From NCBI GenBank assembly GCA_002269645.1, contig NIVC01000012.1, forward strand, positions 744,001-808,000: DNA of 64,000 nucleotides. The letters run 5' to 3'. Source of the DNA: Macrostomum lignano (taxonomy: Eukaryota). This document shows, in pieces, positions 25,907 through 35,900 of the stretch. Under the pieces are notes generated by a model, which saw only the letters and a list, made by a program, of their open reading frames with translations, was not told the DNA's origin and ran no database searches. Made by a program: the position numbers and the translations under genes. Numbering within the stretch: position 1 is the stretch's first letter; each line of letters begins with the position of its first letter.

Positions 25907-26739
25907 AAGGTTGACAGATATTTTTAGATTTTCAAGGCTTATTGGGGGCATTGCTGAGATGTCAATGGGGGAAGTTGATATGTTAAAGCTTGTGGGGGGG
26001 AGTTATTGACATGTCAAGGCTTACAAGGTTTGACAGGAGATTTTTTAAGATTTCAAGGAAATATGTAGCTTATTAAAAAACGTGTATTGCATTTCTTTGG
26101 CTCCCCAACGGGGGGCGTAGATTGCTAGTCCATATACTAAAAATGTGATGTTTGTTTGTTTGTACGCAATCGATTAGAGAAAAAATGGCTGGACCGATTT
26201 TCTTCGAACTTGCACTGTTCGATCAGAAATTTTCCTGGGACGGTACATGCATCTTGGCTAATAAATTGCTCCATGTTAAAGCGATTAAATATTCGAAAAA
26301 CATGCTTTTTTGCAAAGGTCAAGCAAACTTTTCGACTTGAAATGCATTGTAAGAATGCTAGAGAAAAAACTGACTGGTTGAATTCTGATTCTGAAATGGA
26401 TTACATCATAACTGAATTGTAACTCCGACTTGAATTGCGTCACAGTATTGAAAATGCAGTGTGGAAGCGTAGCACCAGACTTGATTTAGATTGCGCAACA
26501 ATATTGTTAACTGATACTGACTGACTGAGAAATTGATTATGTAATAACTGCCTCGTGTGATTTACTCTATGCTTGGAGTTTTGAAACTTATAATTATAAG
26601 TGTTGAATTCATGTTATCAAAACGATAAGAGCTAGCCTAGAGGTAAACAGACTGAACTGCTAAATGCAGAAACGATGGTTCGAATTTTTAGAGAGTAGAG
26701 TTTTTTTAATTAAAGCTCTTTAACGCCAAGAAAACTAAA

Positions 26740-28990
26740 AAAATCATAGAAGCGTCATGTAAACAATCATAGAAGCGTCATGCAAACAATCATAGAAGCG
26801 TCATGTAAACAATCATAGAAGCGTCATGTAAACAATCATAGAAGCATCGTGTAAACAATCATAGAAGCGTCATGTAAACAATCATAGAAGCGTCATGCAA
26901 ACAATCATAGAAGCGTCATGTAAACAATCATAGAAGCGTCATGTAAACAATCATAAAAGCATCGTGTAAACAATCATAGAAGCGTCATGTAAAATATCGT
27001 AAGAGCGTAATATAAAAATCATAGAAGCGTCATTTAAAAAATCATAGAGGCGTCATATAAAAATCAAAAAAACGTCATGTAAAAAATCATAGAAGCGTCA
27101 TGTAAAAATCATAGAGGTGTCATGTAAAAATCATTGAAGCGTCCTGCAGAAATCGTAGAAGCGTCATGAAATAATCATAGAAGCGTCATGTAAAAAATCA
27201 TAGAAGCGTCATGTAAAAAATCATAGAAGCGTCATGTAAAAAATCATAGAAGCATCGTGTAAACAATCATAGAAGCGTCATGTAAAAAATCATAGAAGCG
27301 TCATGTAAAAAATCATAGAAGCGTCATATAAACAATCATAGAAGCGTCATGTAAACAATCATAGAAGCGTCATGTAAAAATCATAGAAGCGTCATGTAAA
27401 AATCATAGAAGCGTCATGTAAAAAATCATAGAAGCGTCATGTAAAAAATCATAGAAGCATCGTGTAAACAATCATAGAAGCGTCATGTAAAAATCTTAGA
27501 AGCGTCATGTAAAAAATCATAGAAGCGTCATCTAAAACATCATAAAAGCGTCATGTAAAAAATCGTAGAAGCGTCATTTAAAAAATCATAGAAGTGTCAT
27601 GTAAAAAATCGTGGAAGCATCATGTAAAAAGCATAGAAGTGTCATGTAAAAAATCATAGAAGCGTCATGTAAACAATCATAGAAGCGTCATGTAAAAAAT
27701 CGTGGAAGCATCATGTAAAAAGCATAGAAGTGTCATGTAAAAAATCATAGAAGCGTCATGTAAACAATCATAGAAGCGTCATGCAAACAATCATAGAAGC
27801 GTCATGTAAACAATCATAGAAGCTTCTTGTAAAAAATCGTAGAAGCGTCATGAAAAAATCATTAAAGCGTCATGTAAAAATCATAGAAGAGTCATGTAAA
27901 AAATCGTAAGAGCGTAATATAAAAATCATAGAAGCGTCATTTAAAAAATCATAGAGGCGTCATATAAAAATCAAAAAAACGTCATTTAAAAATCATAGAA
28001 GCGTCATGTAAAAAATCATAGAAGCGTCATGTAAACAATCATAGAAGCGTCATGTAAAAAATCATAGAAGCGTCATGTAAACAATCATGGAAGCGTCATG
28101 TAAACAATCATAGAAGCGTAATGTAAAAATCATAGTAGCGTCATGTAAAAAATCATAGAAGCGTCATGTAAAAAGCATAGAAGCGTCATATAAACAATCA
28201 TAGAAGCGTCATGCAAACAATCATAGAAGCGTCATGTAAAAATCATAGAAGCGTCATGTAAAAATCATTGAAGCGTCCTGCAGAAATCGTAGAAGCGTCA
28301 TGAAATAATCATAGAAGCGTCATGTAAAAAATCATAGAAGCGTCATGTAAAAAATCATAGAAGCATCGTGTAAACAATCATAGAAGCGTCATGTAAAAAA
28401 TCATAGAAGCGTCATGTAAAAAATCATAGAAGCGTCATATAAACAATCATAGAAGCGTCATGTAAACAATCATAGAAGCGTCATGTAAAAAATCATAGAA
28501 GCGTCATGAAAAAAATCATAGAAGCATCGTGTAAACAATCATAGAAGCGTCATGTAAACAATCATAGAAGCGTCATATAAACAATCATAGAAGCGTCATG
28601 TAAACAATCATAGAAGCGCCATGTAAACAATCATAGAAGCGCCATGTAAAAATCATAGAAGAGTCATGTAAAAAATCATAGAAGCGTCATGTAAACAATC
28701 ATAGAAGCGTCATGTAAAAATCATAAAAGCGTTATGTAAACAATCATAGAAGCGTCATTTAAAAAATCATAGAAGCGACATTTTAAAAATCATAGAAGCG
28801 TCATATAAACAATCATAGAAGCGTCATGTAAACAATCATAGAAGCGTCATGAAAAAATCATAGAAGCGTCATGTTAAAATCATAGAAGCGTCATGAAAAA
28901 ATCATAGAAGCGTCATTTAAAAACTAATGAAAGTGTCATTTAAAAAATTAAGAAGCATCATAATAGAATAAAAGAAGCGTCATGTCAGAC
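26740..28990 (+). repeat. 23-bp tandem array type B in H4
   Basis: Same monomer as H3, more degenerate in places. Confidence 0.96.
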
Positions 28991-29817
28991 ATGAAAGGTG
29001 TCATGGAAAAATTAAATGCAGCTATAATGCTGTGCTGGGGAGAAAAACTGAGACGTCAAGGCTCTCAGAGAATAACTGAGATTACGGGGGGGGGGTTTCT
29101 GAGATGTCAAAGCAAAAGTCAGAAGCTAATTCAAAGTTCATGTACTTTACTCAATTTTTTTTATTGCATTCTTTGTTGGCTCGCCACGGGAGGCGCTGAT
29201 AGAAGAAGAGTCATGTAAAAAATAAAAGTAGCACTATATATACATAAAAGAAAAGTCATGTCGAAGTTAAAAGATTCATTTGGGAATTGCTACGATGTCA
29301 AAGCTAGGTGGAAATCGTTATAGTGCTGTGATTCTTAAAGAAGGAATCACTAAATTGTCAAGGCTTAGGGGAGAAGAATTGCTGAGATTTCAAGGCTTTA
29401 TGTTGGGTTAAAGTTAGGTTTAGGTCGGGTGTGGGTTGAGGGTTATATTTTATCGAGTTTCAAGGTTAGCAGGGGATTTTTCAGATTTCAAGGTTTATGG
29501 GCGCCATCGCTGACATGTTAAGGCTTACGGGGGAATAGCTGAGATGTCAAGGCTCACGGGGGTATAAATGAGATTTCAAGGCTAAAGTCAGAAGCTACAT
29601 GTAGTTTATTGAAAACTTTTTATTACATTATTTGATGCCTCCTCAGGGGAGGGATCGCTGATTAAAAAAACGTAATGTAAAAAATAAAAGAAGCTTCATG
29701 TCGAAGTTAAGATATTCATTTGGGAATCCCTACGATGTCGAGGCTTGCAGGGAATCGCTATAATGCTGTAGTAGTGCTATAATGACTCTTAGAGAGAATT
29801 ACTGAAATTTCAATGCT

Positions 29818-29844
29818 TTAGGGTTAGGTTAGGGTTAGGGTTAG
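29818..29844 (+). repeat. Shorter (TTAGGG)n tract in H4
   Basis: Same flanks as the H3 tract (atgct...agaaggttgacag); a degenerate third tract lies at about 29404-29445. Confidence 0.8.
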
Positions 29845-30174
29845 AAGGTTGACAGATATTTTTAGATTTCCAAGGCTTATTGGGGGCATGGCTGAGATGT
29901 CAAGGGGGGAAGTTGATATGTTAAAGCTTGTGGGGGGGAATTACTGACATGTCAAGGCTTACAAGGTTTGATAGGAGATTTTTTAAGATTTCAAGGATAC
30001 ATGTAGCTTATTAAAAAAACGTGTATTGCATTTCTTTGGCTCCCCAACGGGGGGCGTAGATTGCTAGTCACAATCTATGCACCCTATGTTACTTTTGGGT
30101 GATCGAGCTGCATGTAGATTATTTCTGGTAAACTTTCGAACAATAATATGCTTTAAAATACAAGCTGCTTTTCT

Positions 30175-32458
30175 GACGACCCACTGCATCCCTTGAAGAC
30201 CCACTACATCTCCTGAAGACCCACTGCATCTCCTGAAGACCCACTGCATCCCTTGAAGACCCACTACATCTCCTGAAGACCCACTGCATCTCCTGAAGAC
30301 CCACTGCATCCCTTGAAGACCCACTGCGTCCCCTGAAGACCCACTGCATCTCCTGAAGACCCACTGCATCTCCTGAAGACCCACTGCATCTCCTGAAGAC
30401 CCACTGCATCTCCTGAAGACCCACTACATCTCCTGAAGACCCACTGCATCTCCTGAAGACCCACTGCATCCCTTGAAGACCCACTACATCTCCTGAAGAC
30501 CCACTGCATCTCCTGAAGACCCACTACAGTCCCTGAACCCACTGCAGGCCCTGAAGGCGCACTACATCTGAAAACCTACCGCATCTCCTGAAGACTGACT
30601 GCATTCCCTGAAGACCCACTGCATCTCCCGAAAACCTACCGCATCTCCTGAAGACCCACTGCATCTCCTGAAGACCCACTGCATCTCCTGAAGACCCACT
30701 GCATCTCCTGAAAACCCACTGCATCTCCTGAAGACCCACTGCATCTCCTGAAGACCCACTGCATCTCCTGAAGACCCACTGCATCTCCTGAAGACCCACT
30801 ACATCTCCTGAAGACCCACTGCATCTCCTGAAGACCCACTGCATCCCTTGAAGACCCACTACATCTCCTGAAGACCCACTGCATCTCCTGAAGACCCACT
30901 GCATCCCTTGAAGACCCACTGCGTCCCCTGAAGACCCACTGCATCTCCTGAAAACCCACTGCATCTCCTGAAGACCCACTGCATCTCCTGAAGACCCACT
31001 GCATCTCCTGAAGACCCACTGCATCTCCTGAAGACCCACTACATCTCCTGAAGACCCACTGCATCTCCTGAAGACCCACTGCATCCCTTGAAGACCCACT
31101 ACATCTCCTGAAGACCCACTGCATCTCCTGAAGACCCACTACAGTCCCTGAACCCACTGCAGGCCCTGAAGGCGCACTACATCTGAAAACCTACCGCATC
31201 TCCTGAAGACTGACTGCATTCCCTGAAGACCCACTGCATCTCCCGAAAACCTACCGCATCTCCTGAAGACCCACTGCATCTCCTGAAGACCCACTGCATC
31301 TCCTGAAGACCCACTGCATCTCCTGAAAACCCACTGCATCTCCTGAAGACCCACTGCATCTCCTGAAGACCCACTGCATCTCCTGAAGACCCACTGCATC
31401 TCCTGAAGACCCACTACATCTCCTGAAGACCCACTGCATCTCCTGAAGACCCACTGCATCCCTTGAAGACCCACTACATCTCCTGAAGACCCACTGCATC
31501 TCCTGAAGACCCACTGCATCTCCTGAAGACCCACTGCATCTCCTGAAGACCCACTGCATCTCCTGAAGACTGACTGCATCCCCAGAAAACCCACCGCATC
31601 TCCTGAGGACCCACTGCATCTCCTGAAGACCCACTGCGTCCCCTGAAGACCCACTGCATCTCCTGAAGACCCACTGCATCTCCTGAAGACCCACTGCATC
31701 TCCTGAAGACCCACTGCATCTCCTGAAGACCCACTGCATCTCCTGAAGACCCACTGCATCTCCTGAAGACCCACTGCATCTCCTGAAGACCCACTGCATC
31801 CCTTGAAGACCCACTGCGTCCCCTGAAGACCCACTACATCTCCAGAAAACCCAACGCATCCCCTGAAGGTCCGCTACATCTCCTGAAGACCCACTGCATC
31901 CCGTGAAGGTCCGCTACATCTCCTGAAGACCCACTACAGTCCCTGAACCCACTGCAGGCCCTGAAGGCGCACTACATCTGAAAACCTACCGCATCTCCTG
32001 AAGACTGACTGCATTCCCTGAAGACCCACTGCATCTCCCGAAAACCTACCGCATCTCCTGAAGACCCACTGCATCCCCTGAAGATCCACTGCATCTCCCG
32101 AAAACCCACCGCATCTCCTGAAGACCCACTGCATCTCCTGAAGACTGACTGCATCCCCAGAAAACCCACCGCATCTCCTGAGGACCCACTGCATCTCCTG
32201 AAGACCCACTGCATCTCCTGAAGACTGACTGCATCCCCAGAAAACCCACCGCATCTCCTGAGGACCCACTGCATCTCCTGAAGACCCACTGCATCTCCTG
32301 AAGACCCACTGCATCTCCTGAAGACACACTGCATCTCCTGAAGACCCACTGCATCTCCTGAAGACCCACTGCATCTCCTGAAGACCCACTGCATCTCCTG
32401 AAGACCCACTGCATCTCCTGAAGACCCACTGCATCTCCTGAAGACCCACTGCATCCCC
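30175..32458 (+). repeat. 20-bp tandem array (GAAGACCCACTGCATCTCCT), about 110 copies
   Basis: Period of 20 seen directly; a variant block (ctacagtccctgaacccactgcaggccc) recurs at about 30526, 31140 and 31936. Confidence 0.97.
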
Positions 32459-32935
32459 CGGAAACGCACTACCTTTAATTAAGGCTAGAGACAATAAATA
32501 AAAAACATTTTTAAGTTCATCAGTAAACAAATTTGATATAAAAATGTCACACAGTTTTAGGAATACAGTTGGAAGTGTCTATATTTTTTCTTGAAAATCA
32601 CTGATAAACAACTATTTAAGATTAATAATCAATTATAATCGGCACAGTACGCTTGTATATAAAATTTAATAGCAATACATACTACAAAAATGATCAATTT
32701 GTATTAAATATGAAACCTCAGGCTCATTTTAGCTGAATAAACGTGTTGCAAAAAAGAAACAATGCGCAGGCATTTTAAGATTCTGTATGTAGCCTGCCGA
32801 GATCTGTAATATATATCTAGCTACCTATAAATTTCTTGCTTAAATATTAGTAAACATTGAAAAATTACACTATTCAAAAACCATATATTAGCTAGGGAAA
32901 CAGTGCAGTAAGTTCTTTCTTGTAAATTTTTTCAG

Positions 32936-35900
32936 TTACTTCTTCGACTTGGCCTGCTGGGAGGCACCTTCGCCGCTAAGGGTGCGCGAGTCGTTGTAGA
33001 GCCAGATGTAGATGTTGAGGGTTGCAGCCAGGCACAGCCAGCCAATGTAGGGCAGCATCAGACGGCCGGCTGTCTGGTTCACCGACGAGAACTCCTTAGC
33101 GCAGGCGACAACAAGACCGAGGGTTGCTAGCAGGTCCAGGCAGGCGAGGCCAACCCTGCGGTTTTAATGAAGTGAAGTTGTGAAGATGATCAACTTTCAA
33201 GGTCGCTTACATTAAAATAAGGTGGCGTCATTTTCAAATAAGGCTTAGCTAGCGAGTGTGAAGGCGTAGCAGTCATCGTCAATTACGTATGCACACGGTC
33301 TATAAAAAGTACACTAAAGAGATGAGAGATACAAAAAACAAAAGGAGCATTTTAGCATGACTTTAGCATGTTTGAATGAAAATCTAAGGATGAATCTATA
33401 GAGCCGCTTTGAACCGAATGGACCATAGACAAAAGCACCATTGCTATGGAAAACATATCTTGAATTAAATTCTATGCGTGTAAACCCAAATGCACAGATT
33501 ATATAGCATTTTTCAAGCCAATTGAGCCTAGGAGCAAGCAATTCAGTCCTTAGTGGAAAAATCAAGCTATTGAAGACTTGCTTTTCATTGTTTAGCAATT
33601 TGACGATCATTATTCGCATATTTTATGCAGAACAATCATTACTACAAACAATGCATTGTCTGTAGGATCGTCAAACAGAAAAACAATGCAAAGAATCAGC
33701 AGTCGCAGCACGTGACAACGATTTGTCTATGGCTCGCGCCTACCGGCGCTCGCCAGACAATCGTTGTCACGCACTGGGACCGCTGATTATTTATCCATTG
33801 TCTATGGCCCGAAAGGGGTCTATGGAGCAACCAATTTGGGCGCTTTTAATCCTTTCCATAGTTGTTCAAGCCTTAGACCATAGAAAATAACAGATTTTAT
33901 TAGACAAACATGGATATGGCAGACGAAGAATTTAGCGAGCAGAGCAGTCACGACAGCCCAAGATGCAGTGGATGAGCATCCTTAGAGACACGATTGTTCT
34001 CGGCTTATACTGTATGCCATGGTTTTGCCTTTGCCTGTTTTGATTGGTTTCTCTGAAATCAGTGTTAATTTCAATCTTTTTTGATATGCCATCTATTTGC
34101 AGACGTTATTTCAGTGAAGTTATTCGTGAAGGATATACGAGCACTGTGAAAGGGATTAATAGCGCGCCCAGTTTCTAAAATTGGTTGCTTTATAGACCCC
34201 CTTTTGGGTCATCGACAATGAAAAGCAAGTCTTCAATAGCTTTGTAAGACCGTGGGTTGAATTGCAGAGAATCAAAACGTGAGGAGACCTCACTGGCTCA
34301 CGCCAATATATTTATTGCCAAAGTTGGGGTGGGTGTAACCACCCTAAGCACGCACACGCCGCAGCGCTAAACCCCAACCCCCAAACCAGCCAGACGTGCA
34401 CATCTAAGTGCACGCGCACCAACAAGCCAGACTACACTACTTTCCCCCTAGAAGCAAAAGACAGTTCCAGAGTCAAGCAAAGCCCGCCATGTACAAGTCA
34501 GGTGGCCGCCGCTCTCTCGCCGACCGCCGCGGAACCGTGACCGGCTCGGCCGGTGCCGCCGGCTGCTCCTCGGGTGCCTCGTCTGCCTGCAGCTCGGGCC
34601 AGAAGGTCACCGCGTCGCCGCCAGGATCGGCCGCCTGCCCGGGCGGCTCAGCGACGGTGCCGTCGTTGTCGAAGTCGGCGGCCGGCGGCTGGTGGTCTGC
34701 TGCGGCCGGAAGCTCCAGTGACGCCCGCCGCTGCACGAAGCACTTGAGGCGGTCGTGGTGCACCACCAGCCGGCGCCTGCGGCCGGTCTCGTCCTGGATG
34801 CGGTAATTGACCTCGCCCAGGCGCCTCAGGACTCGGTACGGCCCCTTCCACTTGGCGCTCAAACACCGCGTCTGGCCGCGCTTGACGACGGAGTTGCGCA
34901 GCATCACGAGCTGGCCCTCTTCGAACGGCACAAACGAGAGTCCTGGTTGGCCAGCCGGTTGCGCTCGGCCTGGGCGCTCCGCAGTCGGCCGTGCACCGTG
35001 TCGAAGGCGCTCTGCAGGTTCTCCTGAGTCCGCCGCAGGAAGCCGTGATGTCCACCGTCGGCTGCCGGCCGGTCGCCGCTTATCAGCCAGCTGTCGAGAT
35101 CCAGCCTCGGTGGCCAGCCGTGGAGGACCTGGTACGGACTGAGGCCGATGGTGCTGTGCACGGAGGTGTTGTAGGCCCAGGTCACATATGGCAGCTTGCT
35201 GTCCCAATCCTGCTGGTTCTCGGCCACCGTCGTCGCCAGCATATCGCCGAGCGTCCGGTTGCCTCGCTCGACGATTCCGTTGCCGCTCGGATGAAACGGC
35301 GACGTGCGCGTCTTTTCGACGCCCAGCTTCTCGCAGAGCCGGCCGAACACCTCGCTCTCGAATTGCCGTCCCTGGTCACTGTGCAGCACCTGAGGAGCGC
35401 CGTGACGCAGAACCACCGACTTGAGCAGCGCATCCGCCACCGTAACCGCGTCGATCGCCGCCAGGGCTGCCGTCTCCATCCACTTGGAGAAGGCGTCGCA
35501 CATGCTCAGGATGTACGCCTTGCCATCAGTCGTACGCGGAAGCGGCCCTTTGATGTCGATCTGCACCAGCTGCCACGGAGCCGTCGGCTGGCACGTCGAC
35601 TGTAGCGGCGCCTTCTGCGGCTTGGTTGGACTCTTCTTGGCCAGGCAGACCGCACAGCTGGCCACCCAGTTCTCGACGTCCCGTCGCAGACCAGGCCACC
35701 AGCAGCGCTCAGACAATCTCGCTCCGGTCTTGTCGACGCCGAGGTGTCCGCTCTGGTCACACGAGTGCGCCTGCTGCAGGAAATGTGGCCGCAGATGACC
35801 GGGAATGACTGGCCGGCCACCGACCAGCAGGACTCCCGCCGAGCTCACCGAGGCCTCGTCCAGCAGCTCGCGAACCTGCGCCGCCCATGAATCGGACAGG

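Larger units (their letters stand above)
23298..26128 (+). mobile_element. Non-autonomous Helitron H3 (subfamily B)
   Basis: Starts TCCAATATACTAAAAATG directly after CTAG; ends CCCCAACGGGG-GGCGTAGATTG-CTAG; same 5' module as H1/H2 but a different internal 23-mer and 3' region. Confidence 0.87.
26129..30067 (+). mobile_element. Non-autonomous Helitron H4 (subfamily B)
   Basis: Starts TCCATATACTAAAAATG directly after CTAG; ends CCCCAACGGGG-GGCGTAGATTG-CTAG|T, followed by unrelated flank (tcacaatc). Confidence 0.87.

Noticed and set aside
30064-32530. Many overlapping minus-strand ORFs (GLQEMQWVFRRC..)
   Set aside because: Artefact of a 20-bp repeat lacking stops on that strand.
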